DNA from: Phoronis australis
Lineage: Eukaryota > Animalia > Phoronida
Reading direction: 5' to 3'
Length of the DNA stretch: 64,000 nucleotides
Assembly: GCA_002633005.1 (NCBI GenBank)
Contig: NMRA01000042.1
Span: 761,648 to 825,647, forward strand
The position numbers were made by a program, and so were the translations under genes. Every line of letters begins with the position of its first letter. Within the stretch, counting starts at the first letter, position 1. Positions 51,462 to 63,965 of the stretch are shown here, in pieces. The notes beneath the pieces were generated by a model. The model made no database searches. It worked only from the letters and a program-made list of their open reading frames with translations, and was not told the DNA's origin.

Positions 51462-54359
51462 CTAGGAAAACACATAGTCACTAAGGTGTTTTGGCATCGA
51501 TGGGACACGGGATGACCTACGAAGTGTAGGAGTGTCAGAGGACACTTGCTCAGAAGAAGGTTCTGACTGAGACGGGGCACGGGAGGATCTACGAAGTGTC
51601 GGAGTGTCAGAGGACACCTGCTCAGAAGACGATTCTGATTGATACGGGGAAATGGAGGTCTTTTCAGGTACCACAGCAACCTCGATAATAGGCAAATTCT
51701 CATTGGAAGCAACCTCAGGAACCTTGGATTCCACTGAATCAGGAACATACTTCTTCAAATGGGCAGAGTTTCTCATCTTCTGGACACCATCTTCCCCCTC
51801 AATAATGACAGTTACCAATCTTTTGAGTCACCTTGTATGGAGTCAATTCGAAACTTGGTGACAGTTTGTCTTGACGCCTGTGCTGCTTTAACAATACGAA
51901 ATCGCCTTCAACTATGTCAGAGGCCTCAGCATGTCTTTTGGAGTCAGCGTACTCCTTCTGCATCAGCTTTGCCTTGGCATCCCGGTCATACAGTAATGAT
52001 CTCCATTCGGTCTCTACAAGGGGGTGGTCTGATACAGGGTATAGCAAGGGCAACTTATCACGTAACTTTCGGTTCATAAGGAGTTCTGCTGGACTCATTC
52101 CTGTCACTGTGTGGGGTGTCACCCTATACTGGAAAAGGAAATTGGAGAGTTCTGTTTTCCAGCACTTCTTTTCAATACGCGATGTTCGGATGACTTTCAA
52201 AATAGTCTCATTGCACCGTTCCACGGAACCATTAGAGCAAGGCCAGTATGGGATTCCCTTCAGATGCTCTATTGCTGCATTCTCCAAAAAATCGTCGAAC
52301 TCTTTTGAAGCAAATGGTGGGCCATTGTCACTTCTTATTCTCCATGGTAGACCATGTGTCTGGAATATAGCCGTAAGAGCGTTGGTCACGTGTCTAGCAT
52401 CTGTCTTAGGGAGTTGGATCACTTCCGGCCATCTGGAAAAATAATCTACAACAACTAGCAAGTGGTGTCCCGTAGGTATCTCCAACAGGTCGACAGCTAG
52501 GTCTATCCATGGCCCTTCGGGAAGTTCTGTTGAACGGATTGGTTCAGGACGGGAGGTTTTACCAAGCACCTGGCACGGGTGACAACTCTTAATTAGAGAT
52601 TCTACATGTTTGTCTATATCTGGCCACCAAACCTTGCTGCGGAGCCTGGATTTCGTTCGAACAATCCCCTGATGTCCATCATGCGCCAAGTTCAAAACCC
52701 TACGCTGCAATACCTTAGGCACAACTATACGACTGCCTCGCATAACAACATTTCCCATAAGCCATAGCTCATCTTTTACAGCTCTGAAAATAGGCTGTTT
52801 TACAGAAGAAAAATCACCAGAAGTAATGGCTAGTGACAGCTCATTGAGAATAGCATCTTCTGCTGAACATCGCTCCATTTCCTTCGCAGTTATCGCACCT
52901 GGTGAAGCGTCAAGGACAGCACTATAAGCAAATAAATCATCATCTCTACGTGCAGTCTGCGAATCAGTTATTGGGAGTCTGCTCAAACCATCAGCTTTGT
53001 TCAATCTGCCACTGATGTGCATGACAGTAAACCTGAACTGCTGAAGGTACAACAGCCATCTCTCAATTCTAGCAGATGGTGGTTTTGAAGATCGAGAACC
53101 CAAAACGACTATCAATGGCTTGTGGTCGGTGCACACCTCAAATTCAATGCCGCTTAGGTACAGTAAGAACTTCTCACATGCCCATCTGACTCCCAGTGCT
53201 TCGCGTTCAAACTGTGAGTATCGCTGTTCAGTTGGAGTCAGCTTGCGGCTAGCATAATAGACAGGTTGATACTGACCATCAGCCTGTTCCTGTTCCAGGA
53301 TAGCACCTAAACCAACCGGTGAAGCGTCTGTTACCACTCTTGTATTGGCACCTTGTTGAAAAAATGCCATAGTTGGGGCTTCAGTGAGCATTTTTTTAGG
53401 GTAAGGAATGCCTTCGTATGCTTCGAAGTCCAACACCACTCAGTGTCCTGCTTGGTCAAGTCGTACAGACAACTAGTTACTGAGGCAAACCCTTTTACGA
53501 ACCTTGCAGAAAACTGTGCCGTTCCAAGAAAACTTCTGGGTTCTGACTTGTTGGAAGGCACTGGTGCACCTTGGATGGCCTTCTTATCGTCGTCCAGTTC
53601 CATGCCCTTTCCTGTTAGGACTATACCCATGAACTTCATCTGCTCGACGCCAACTTCACACTTTGCCTTGTTGAGAGTAAGACCATGGTCGGCAAATCTA
53701 CGGACTACATTTTCCACCCTCACTGCAAGTTGCTCGTGATCACTGGCCACCACCCTAATGTCATCGTGAAGGTTGTGGACACCGTCGAGACCACTGAGAA
53801 TCTGACTGATAATGTGCTGAAATTTTTCTGTAGCCATGTTTACCCCAAACAGGAGACGCTTATACCTATAAAGACCAGAGGGTGCTGCAAAAGTTGTGAT
53901 ATCCCTAGAGGCAGGATGCAACTCAATCTGGTGGAACGCCATGTTAAGATCAAGTTTTGCAAAAACACGTGCATCTGAAATCTCTTGAAGTGTCTCTTCG
54001 ACAGTAGGGACAGGGTGTCGCTCCCTCACTATAGCCTCATTCGCCCTGCGCATATCCACGCAAATTCTCACATCGCCATTCGGCTTCTCTACAACAACCA
54101 GAGGATTTACCTAAGAAGTGGGAGTATTGACCTTCTCAATGATTCCAAGCTCCTCTAGTTCTTTCAACTTAGCAGTGACTTTCTCACGTCGGCTGAAGGG
54201 CACTCGTCTCAAGGGCTGGATTACTGGCTGAACACTTTCATCAATGTGGAATTTAAGTTGGTAGTCATTTAACTTACCAATACCATTGAAAACCATGGGA
54301 TACTTCATACACAACTGACCAAGTAAGTCGTTGACCTGACAGGCCACACCTATTCGCAA
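51462..54359 (-). pseudogene. pol: Ty3/Gypsy pol (RT, RNase H, integrase), disrupted and 5'-truncated
   Basis: RT motifs RICVDMRRAN, FAKLDLNMAFHQI, GLYRYKRLLFG and LHDD. RNase H motifs TDASPVGLGAIL, YASRKLT…YSQFEREAL and TDHKPL. Integrase HHCC, SDNGPPF and NGSVERCN. There is an in-frame TAG at 54111-54113 in place of the usual Trp, and frameshifts near 53395 and 51815. Confidence 0.95.
51507..51641 (-). repeat. 72-bp (24-aa) tandem duplication in the integrase C-terminal tail
   Basis: QSE(S/P)SSEQVSSDTPTLRRSSR occurs twice; the nucleotide units start at 51507 and 51579. Confidence 0.85.
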
Positions 54360-55184
54360 CAGGTNGACTATCGTCTGACAACCTCCTTGTGTGTGGAGGG
54401 AGGGGGTTACTGGTGAATGGCGGTGGGGGATGGGGGCAATGCGTCGTTGGAATCATGGACGCCCTGGAATATTGCAAACCCCATTTTGGACACCCTATTT
54501 TCGAAATCCTGGATAAAGCCCTGATTGTGGAGTATCCCTTCCATCGATCCTGCCCTATTCCTAGCAACCTGGCTATATTAATAAATCTTCAAATTGATGT
54601 CCACACTGTAAATATGCGCAACTGTTAATCTTGTAGTCACTTTCTGTGTTTCTTCGTTGCTAGAAAACGACAAATATCTTGGTCACTAAACCCTTAAAGA
54701 CATATGGGACTAAGAAGGAAAGTCAAGTAAAAGAGCATGAAACATGGTGTTCCAGGGACCAAATTAAGTTGAACAATATTGTTTCTGCGATGGGATTCTC
54801 TGCCGCATAATCAATTTATCTCAGTTTCAATTTTTAAACCTCAAAAGATCAAAACATTATATCATTGGTTCTGGATCTTTATAGTAGAAATCAAATTTTA
54901 TTTTTTATGTTTTTTGCTATAACTAAAGACTCTTTAATTCTGTGCTCAAGTATGCAACGATTTTCTTGGATGATTTTCTAAAAATCTTAGTTTGCTCTTG
55001 ATGATCCTAACATAAAAGCTATGAGTTTTTACTTGAAATCTTGTATTGTCACCAATATTGGTTCCTAGATACCAGATAGTACACACGCATCTCCACTAAC
55101 ATGGTTCATCAGCAAGATGGCGGACCACTCCGGTCAATGAAAATCACACGAATTCAACTCTATATATAATTATATAGCTCATTG

Positions 55185-55475
55185 GTCGAATCCGTTTGAA
55201 AACCGGAAAATGTCATTGTTTCTTTAAAAGAAACTATGGTATTTACCAAATTTCATGAAAATTTGTCAAGGAACTTCAGAGAAACAAACGAAAACGGAAA
55301 AAAATGAAATTGCCACTAGGGGACCCAGTGCTTGTCGGATCCGTCTGAAAGTCTTTGTCTTCCGTTGTTAACTTCATATAAATACACAGACTAAATTTAA
55401 TAAAGATCCTGCAGAGGGCATAGGAGACACAGGCTTGGGCGAAATGCCACTAGGAGACAACACAGTAGTAATATA
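55185..55475 (+). mobile_element. HINE-like internal fragment
   Basis: CCAAATTTCATGAAAAT...GGAACTTCAGAGAAAC...TTGCCACTAGGGGAC...CTAAATTTAATAAAGATCCTGCAG is colinear with unit 1 of the other copies. Confidence 0.7.
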
Positions 55476-56555
55476 TGTAGGCCAAGTAATCAAAGCAGCA
55501 TAACTAATTCTCATCATGTCCACATATATTTCGTGATGGGAACAGCCCTCTGTTTGCGACAAGATTTCGATACTTTTGTGGATAACACCCATTTTAATTT
55601 GCAAATAACACTTTGCCGAGGGCACTTTAGTCACTCCACACAAATATATGTTAAACCACTTCCGTACATGTTTGTACATTTTAGTAAGTGACCACTAAAT
55701 ATTTTCATGATGCCGAAAGGCAGGTGAAAATACTCAGCAAAGCAATACGACACTAAATCTCAAAAATTGAGATTCCCAGAAACGATAGGCTAACTATAAG
55801 GAACGCAAGTTGACATAACACATTAGCTATCGTTTTAGCATTGAGTACAAAGGATACTCAATGATGGCGCACCCCTTTGAGACATAGTAGATCCAATTGA
55901 CAAGCAACAATACTGTAAGAACATCATGTACTTATGGTAAAAATTCCTAGCTTGATACCTAAATCCAACCCAAACTGACTTTTTTTTAATTTTCAAATTT
56001 GGAAAAGGCTTAAATTTAGCATTCACCATGTTTATCAAATTTCGAACACGTCGGTTTTAGTGGCATTGGTCGTAATTCTCACAATTTGGACAGTGCGCTT
56101 TTTGCATGATTGGGGGCTGAATGTAAGTCTGGAAGTTCATCAAGTAACAGTGATTATTGACACAATGTTTAAAACTGCCGACAATGTAATGTACTGACTG
56201 ATGTCTCAGTCTATCATTATCGATGAGGACGGTTTGTGTATATCTCTCATTTTCTTGACAGTCGTTATCACAGACCCAAAATATTTACCGCACTTGATCG
56301 CTGTTTCACTATGCAATTAAAATGTATGTTCACCGACTTTCACGTAATTGCCAGTGTCACGCGTTGTATTTGGATTGACAGCTAATCAATAAATACTGGT
56401 GATGAGACCGTTGTGTTACCAAGTCAGATCCCGGGTTCACGGCTTCAAACCTGAGGCCCACTTATCTTCCTCCCAGCGCCCCTGACCTGCGCTAATGCCA
56501 TGCACCCGAATCCGCAAAACAACGTTGATCAGTGTCAAGTTAAAACAGACTTTAA

Positions 56556-58207
56556 AGGAGAATGCCACCTGATTTAATTAGTCTTTTTTTGTCGTCTTAA
56601 TCGGTCTATCCACATCGCCTCGCATACGGTCGACCTTAACTTGACAAGAGGTGTCGCGTTAACCTGTGAGGAAGGTGAGAAACGACGCTAGCGACGTCAA
56701 TGGTTAATTTGCAGAGTGAAAGCCGCTATGTTGCGGTGCATCATTCACGCTTATCCGAACTATGCAGCTGTGAGGAAAGCGGGTATATCCCTTTTTCGAC
56801 TTCCTCGAGAGCCCAAAGTGGCCCGTGGTAGTGCAGAATGAAAAGTACCTTGTGAATAGCAAGTATGAGGCCGTGAAATATCTCCGTGTCTGTGGCCTGC
56901 AGATGTCAACAGTGCCTGACGAATGCCGGCTTACCAAATAACTATCCATTATCTGAGCTTGTTCACAGCACCTCTCCAAGTATTTCTTCATCACTGTATT
57001 CCTGTTCGAATTGATAGCCTGTGGAACTTAACAATCCACCTGCGAAGTCTTCGTCGGGACTGATGAGCTCTAGCACGTCTATGTCGGGATTGCGAGTTGC
57101 CATGTTCGAACAACAGTTTATTACTGAGCGTTCTGTTTCAACCAATACTTCTATAAAAACTGAAACAAAGTCTGTCTCACTAGATGCAATTTGTAATGCC
57201 TTTGGAGTGTTCGTGAGTGCAAAGGATTTGAAAAGCCAGCAATGAATAAATCACTGCGTTACCGGCTTTAGGTGCAATAAAACTAATTGACGGGACACCG
57301 AGGCCGTGTGAGCTCATGCTAATTTAGTGTCCGCTGCCAGAAACTGTTGTGAAACAACTCGATTTCCATCCCACAGCCAGGTGTTAGGGGAATCTTTATT
57401 TACATTTACATTATTCAAATAATGGTTGTCAATGTACAACTTCTGCCCTGACGGTGCTGTGGCCAATGAAAGCGGGACCTGAATTCGCGGCCCCCAACAA
57501 GTAAGTAGATTAATTTGCAGTTTCGTGGCTAATTCACCAACATAATCACGTGCACATTACTTTGGCTCACTAGTATAGTATTTTCTTGACTGGAGGTCTA
57601 GTTTCCACTGAACTTTGGCTGGTTTATGTTCATGATGTCTGATCTGTTTCCGAGCCAGCTGGCTGGCCGGGATAACGAGCCAATCTGGCCGGCCGCGACG
57701 GGCCTGATCGGGCTCCGAGCCACAGGCCAGGATAACAAGCGTTTTGTGTTTAGAGCTCAAAAAATCGCAAGTCTAAACAACACAGATGTAGGTTCTCCAG
57801 TCTGTATCTCTCTGAAAATACTTCGAATTTATCTCCGAACAGAACCCAAACTCCTGCTACGGGGCTTAATTATTGGCCTGCCGAACTTTGTAGGCTACGG
57901 TGTGTCCAAATACCAATAAATCCGTAACAGCGAAATAAAACAACACGTTTTTATAAGAACCTGGTGTATTTTTAAGGGTTTTACATCAAGGTGTGAAACG
58001 ATGAATTCAAGCGATAAGCTGAGCCCAGTAACCCATGTTGTGAACTGCTTAACAGACTGCCTGTGAAACCAATTACGTCATTGGATAATTTCAACACCTC
58101 CGTCTGCCGTCAGGTGTCAGGTAACGCAACCGTACGTGTCATTATGGAGTAGAACTACTAGATCTAAATTGATACAAATTAGGTTGTTTTTTGGGTGGTA
58201 TGCTCCT
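56556..58207. mobile_element. Internally deleted Kolobok-like DNA transposon
   Basis: TTAA at 56552-56555 and 58208-58211 flank TIRs AGGAGAATGCCACC / GGTGGTATGCTCCT. Inside is a THAP-like remnant on + from 56728 (MLRCIIH…GISLFRLPREPK…YLRVCGL). A convergent minus-strand remnant from 57103 contains GYQFEQEYSDEE, resembling the PYxFEPE N-terminal motif of KolX-like proteins. Confidence 0.7.
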
Positions 58208-61200
58208 TTAAGAATAGCAAAAATCAATGTCCTAGTTTGTCATGCAGTATATGATAAAAATGTTCATGTTGTAAATATATCTATTTATCGTAATCTATTT
58301 TGCCCGGGGTACGCCACCGGCTATGTTGCAGAGTAAAACAAGAGGAAGATTGCAAATAATGTCATTTATTATGACGTAAATAGATAGAACTAAATAAGAC
58401 TCTGCAAGATGGGCATGCTTGGTCCCTTTCGTACCATTTCAAACAGAGTGTGAACTATTAATCTTTAGCAAACCTGTGTACCACCAAAAGTACATTGGAG
58501 TAATCTGAACACCAGATTTGCAGATTTTTGTGTAGATTTGCAGATTTTTGCGCACAGACCAAATATACCCCAAAATATAGGGGTGCTCAAATTTTTCTCA
58601 GTGGACTTTTCACTAAAAAAGAGTCGTTCAGTGCTATGAATTTTTCACTTTTTAGTGGACTTTTGTCTCATTTCCTTGGACTTCTGGTTTCCCTCGGGTG
58701 GACCTTTTTGCCCACTTTGCCAAATAGGGGACTCATTCGAGCCCGCCCTTGGTAAACGCATGGGTACTTTTCCTACTAACTTGCCTGTGAAACAAATCCT
58801 AAAATACACCAATTTTCATAATAATCTAAAGTGTTTAGTTCAGGGACAAGGCGCTTATTGAAAAGATCCAGTTAATTGATAGAAAAGGTCCTTACTGAAC
58901 TTAAAAAGTTATGTTAATACATGCTTCATATACACCTTATTTCTTAACACAAATACATATCTGCAAAAAAGAGTTAATCTGCACTGGCAATGTTTTGCAT
59001 TAGACGATATTTTCTAAACCATTCACAAAAATTTTGAATAATTATTCATCGCAAGTTTCTATGTACATGTGCCACCGTACTGCCTGCAAAAAACCTCGAG
59101 TATTACTAGCTGTCAGCTCAATATACTGTGAAGTCAGTGCAGTCACCATGTGCGCAAAAAGCAACATGCTATACAACTTGCAGTATAAATTCCATGGTCC
59201 CTTTCATAAGACATTGTCATTCTTTGGAACAACGGGGCAAAAACATAATGTTCCCTTCTTTCAGAATCTACTTTCTTCACAGCTGGGAATGTGCGGCCAT
59301 TCATGCTTTGCTATTTTGACAACAGTACGTCTTTAGCCGGAAATAGCCGAAACTAGACGAAGTAAGCAAATCACAGATTCGTTACTTATATGTTAGGCCT
59401 GTGACACACATACTGATAGAAGAGGCCTCGCGATTTGCCAGTTATCAGCTTTTTCGAGAATGACACGAAGCGAGTTTTCCGAGTTCGTTGCTCAACTTTT
59501 TTTGGCTAAAATAACGATTTTTACAATATTTTTTTAATTTCTAACTTCAAAATCTTCTTCCTCGTCCATTTCGACTACAAATGGGCGTGTTTAGTGAGAA
59601 ATAAATGAATTTAATTAATCTCTTGAATTTGCTGAATTTGCATATTTTTATCTGGCCTTGCGTACTGAAGGCTTCGTTTCTGTACAAATACATATTTTTG
59701 CGTATGGTACACAGGTCTGCTTTAGTCACCTGTCTTCACTCCCTGTCATGGGTCGTTTGACCCATGCCGTGTGATTTGTAAAATGAAACCTGGGTCGGTA
59801 GCGGAGATTAATCAAAATCTGTATACGCGCACAAAAAATGAATTGAATTTATTCACCAGCGGATGGCACTGCTATAGGGCTGGAGTGAACATAGGACAGA
59901 TAAAAATCATTACAACAGCAGAACCAGGAATGCAAGGGCTGAGATAATCAAGACAAACTGCTTTTACATTAAAGCTAAGTAAATGTACTTGTAGCCATTA
60001 CTTGGACACCCAATTGCGCGTGGTGGCATTTTGCGGTTAGAACTACGTAGGCTCTACCTCGGTTAAATTTTGATCTGGCCAACTGCTATGTTTCTGAATA
60101 ACAATTCCCAACTTTTATTGATTACTTATACCACAGTCACATAAAGCAACAGTTTTATAGTTGTCAAATAAATGCCCGGATATGTAATCGAGCTAAGACC
60201 GCGTGGACCTTATTTACATGTATCTCGGCGGGAACGTTGTTTCGCTAAGGTCTGTTTGAGACTTGAGTGACAGGTGACTCACAAGTATGTCGCCCGTGGT
60301 ACCCCAGAAAGAAACCAGGGTTACATATACTGCAGTTGCATCGTCCATGTTTGGTTTGCGAACAGTTTAATGGCGAAGATGTTGAGCACCTATGGACATT
60401 GTGAATAATCAGTGAAGGCGTGTTACACAACAGATATATTTCCAATCACAAAGTTTGGTAAATCAAATATGTTCAAAGTCCTTAACATCGTTATTCATGT
60501 TTTTAAAGACATCGTGTGAGCAAGAACAATCACAAATCTGCGCGGATGTTCAAACTTGTCTAAAACCGTAAATTGAAATGTCAGCACGCGACTGCATATA
60601 TTCTAAGATTTCAGACACCATTGATTTTGCCATCTTTCCCATAATGCTCGAATTTCTGATAGCCAATATTGCCTATTTCTAAAGTTTAGGACAGGTTCAA
60701 ACTATTTATTTTTTCACTATTTTAAATTGGGGATTTTCTACTGTATATCCACAGCGTTAATTTCAAGCAACATGTTACATATACACTAACTTGAATTGTC
60801 ACCATATACATTACAAGATGCACAATGAGTATTATTGTCTGCCAGCAGAACAAAAGTGCGAAGAAAAAATATATATGACAGGTGGTCTAGCTGGTACATA
60901 TGGTACCAGGTGTGCGCAGGCCACTCAGGTAGGCCCATTGCATTGATCACCTGAAACTACTTTTATGCTTTATTTATTTATATATAGATAAACCAGGTTG
61001 AGGAGCTAAGGATCTAAAAGCGTACCTTAGTGGGAGTCGAAAACATGAGCTTGAGTATTAAGACGTGTACTCGAATAAAACTAGGCCATACCGCCTCCTA
61101 AGAAAAATACTTACTTCCGATGCAAGTTTGTAGAAATTTGCTTCAATTTGCTTTGCCGGATGCTTCAAAACTTCTCTGATAGCCTCCATTTCCTTTCCAG

Positions 61201-61299
61201 TGTACAATCTTAGCATTACTGAAAATACAATGTATAATAAAATGTTAACTAATAAAGGAAAGAGGTCAGAGTAACGGCACTTGGTAAAATTGACCGAAG

Positions 61300-61910
61300 A
61301 ATGAGGATGGCAGTGAATTATGCAATGTCACCAGATGATGAAGTCCATGACATCAATGGCACTACTGATACCGACAATGACAGTGGCATAGATGCTGCCA
61401 CCAAATTGGTTTTCTGTTGTTCATTAGGATGTTTCTTCAGGTTATTGTGAAGAAATAACAATGCTATCCAAGACTAGAAACTACTTCTAAACTGAGCAAG
61501 GAACAAGATGAAAGCTCTCTGACACAGGAACACTTGGCAAAAGCGAATGATGTTTAGGGGGCACGATAGCAGCGTCATCAAGAACAACAATGACCACGAT
61601 AACAACGATGATTGCAATAATAATTTCAAGAACATCTGACAATTCTGCCACAAACACCATCAACTATCGCTGAAGGTGACGACAACGATGGTACAACAAC
61701 AGCAATCTAAAAGCCACAAATATGTATTTACCACGTCAATGACACCAAAACTGATAAAGCATGCAATGGCAACATAAGACGTCGAGTTGCACATCATGCC
61801 CCATGATACAGACCAGGCCAAGCACAATGATGCCAATCTCAGCAACGTCACTGAAGATGACAACATCATCATAACAATCATTGTCATCTTACATTCGACT
61901 TCAACCAAAA
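61300..61910. repeat. Degenerate trinucleotide (GAT/AAC/CAA-like) low-complexity region
   Basis: 3-nt periodic runs such as ACAACAATGACCACGATAACAACGATG, with no long ORF on +. Confidence 0.5.
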
Positions 61911-62005
61911 ACAATTGGCCTGTTGAGTTACATCTCATTATGTTTTAACTTCAAATTAATTTGTTTTCACGTGAACCTAGGTAGGTATTCGTTGTCCAGT
62001 TTCAA

Positions 62006-62233
62006 TGTCGTCCGTCCTTGTTCATATGAGTGTTATGGTCGTCCGGATATAGTTATTGTCATGTGACTGGGGAGCTGCCTGCTGGTGTGGATCTTCGCTC
62101 TGTCGTGTGTTGTCCTCCATGGAAAGAGGACGTATTTCTGACAGCGTGTATAAGTCAAGGAATGGACAAGGGTGAGTAGCCCCAAAAGAACCTAAATAGC
62201 CACCATTCACTACATTTGGCGCAGTCGGCGGTC
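62006..62233 (+). mobile_element. 5' LTR (left boundary uncertain, 62006 or 62031) and tRNA primer-binding site of a Gypsy element
   Basis: The LTR ends …CACTACA at 62214 and is followed by TT-TGGCGCAGTCGGC (62217-62229). This is complementary to a tRNA 3' end …GCCGACTGCG-CCA, probably tRNA-Ser. It lies ~300 bp upstream of gag. Confidence 0.7.
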
Positions 62234-62519
62234 ACTGCGTGCCGCTTTCCCTTGTTTCTTTCACCGTGGCACGGAATTTAAAGTTTGTTTACTAAATTTT
62301 CCATACGTCCCGGTACTGCCCCGTGGAGGGTGGTAGCTGAAAGCCACGTGGTTTCAGTTTTGCTTTCGTTGTGTTGTAGGAGTATACATTTTTCTTTATA
62401 TATATCATCAGTTTCTTGTTTCATTATTGTTTTTTTTCTTTTCCAGATAGTTCATGGTATAATTTAGTATATTTCAGTAATTCTCCTACGTTGTTAGTGC
62501 CTTTTGAGCACCAATCATC

Positions 62520-63935
62520 ATGGCGTCCAAGATTCTGATTAATTCTTGTGACGCTGCGACATTATTAGACCTTCCGGGTATGACTACTGATGTTGCTACT
62601 GCAGTTATCGACTTCAGAGCAATGTCAGCGATTACACCGGAGAATGTAACAAAAATACATTCCGGTTGGAAGCCGACCAAGACGATGCAGAAACACATCG
62701 ACTTCTCCATTCCGTCTGGTCTGCCAGAAGATTTAGCTAAAGTTGTAGAGTTGGTTGACAGTTACGGTAGGGAAACACCATCCAAAACTGTTTCAGCTCC
62801 TGTATCATTCCCAAAATTGGCGATGAAATTTACCCCGTCCAAGACCAGCACGGCTAGTAGTGGTGCTTTTGAAAAAACAACTTCATCTCCACATACTAGC
62901 ATGTCATCTAAACCGGCGGGGGGTTCAACTAACTACTTGCAACGTGCTCCACGCAACCTAACTTTCAGTGGTAAGCTAGGCACTTGGGAAGACTTTTTCT
63001 GGAAGTTTGATAATATAGCCAGAGACAACTGTTGGTCTACTCAAACGTGTCGTACTGAATTAGGTATGTGCTTAGAGGGAGATGCTTCTCGTTGGTTCGC
63101 CAACCATATTAGAGCCTTTCCAGATGCTACTTATAAACAGATCATCAAAGATATGATATATCGCTTTGGTGCAGAAATAGAGTGTAACAAGGTACACCAG
63201 CTTATATTTCAGTCAGCCAAACAAGCTCCTGATGAGTCGCTTGAGCTATGGGCTGACCGTTTAACCAGTTTATTTTTATTAGCTTTTCCAGATGCTAGGG
63301 ACTCTGACAAAGCTCAGGCTGGCCTTCGTTTCTGCTTGGGTTTGAAAGACAGAGAGGTTGCTCAATGGACAATCAATAGCAAACCTGAATCAGTCATGGA
63401 GGCTTTGAACGCCACTCGTTGGTTTTCAACCACCAAAGACCTAATGACACCACCGAGACCTACCAAAGCTGTTTCCTTCTGTAGAGAAACTTTTTCAGGT
63501 GAAGAGGAGGAAGAAGTCTCGGTTCGTCAACTAAGTAAGAAACCCACTCTCAAGTTCATTCCTCGTGGCTCCTTGGAGTCTCGATTAGATGTTCTTGAGG
63601 GTAGGTGTAATGATTTAGATACGTCAGTTTCATTTCTCAAGACTGATAACATTAAACTTCATAAGAAAGTCGATGAGTTGAAATCTGACTTGTCCGAATC
63701 TCGTGCTGAAGTATCAATCAATTTTAATAAGTTGTTTGCCATGTTACAGACACAGTCGCCGAAGCGACCTTCTCCACCTTCACCAAGAGCTTCGCCAGAT
63801 TCATCTCCAGGGAGACCTTCTAATCTTCCTAGATGTTTCAGGTGCGGTAAGCTGGGGCATTACCAGTCGAATTGTAGGAGTTCTCCAGTGGCAGCTCGAC
63901 GTACGTTCCCCAGTGATGAAGATTTAAACGAGTAA
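62520..63935 (+). CDS. gag: Ty3/Gypsy Gag: N-terminal HhH-like segment, capsid, coiled coil, CCHC zinc knuckle
   Basis: Intact 471-aa ORF. It has a capsid-like region TFSGKLGTWEDFFWKFDNIARDNCW…LEGDASRWF, an MHR-like Q-APDESLELWADRL and the knuckle CFRCGKLGHYQSNC. It follows the LTR and PBS. Confidence 0.9.
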   Translation: MASKILINSCDAATLLDLPGMTTDVATAVIDFRAMSAITPENVTKIHSGWKPTKTMQKHIDFSIPSGLPEDLAKVVELVDSYGRETPSKTVSAPVSFPKLAMKFTPSKTSTASSGAFEKTTSSPHTSMSSKPAGGSTNYLQRAPRNLTFSGKLGTWEDFFWKFDNIARDNCWSTQTCRTELGMCLEGDASRWFANHIRAFPDATYKQIIKDMIYRFGAEIECNKVHQLIFQSAKQAPDESLELWADRLTSLFLLAFPDARDSDKAQAGLRFCLGLKDREVAQWTINSKPESVMEALNATRWFSTTKDLMTPPRPTKAVSFCRETFSGEEEEEVSVRQLSKKPTLKFIPRGSLESRLDVLEGRCNDLDTSVSFLKTDNIKLHKKVDELKSDLSESRAEVSINFNKLFAMLQTQSPKRPSPPSPRASPDSSPGRPSNLPRCFRCGKLGHYQSNCRSSPVAARRTFPSDEDLNE

Positions 63936-63965
63936 GGACTGGGGGACAAGGTCTAACCCCAGTCC
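63923..63965 (+). promoter_or_regulatory. -1 programmed ribosomal frameshift signal (gag-pol)
   Basis: Slippery heptamer T TTA AAC (63923-63929) in the gag frame, a 6-nt spacer, then a 9-bp stem GGACTGGGG (63936-63944) / CCCCAGTCC (63957-63965). The -1 frame is open to the window end. Confidence 0.85.

Noticed and set aside
51652-53978. Plus-strand ORFs overlapping Gypsy pol
   Set aside because: They are antisense shadows of the pol reading frame.
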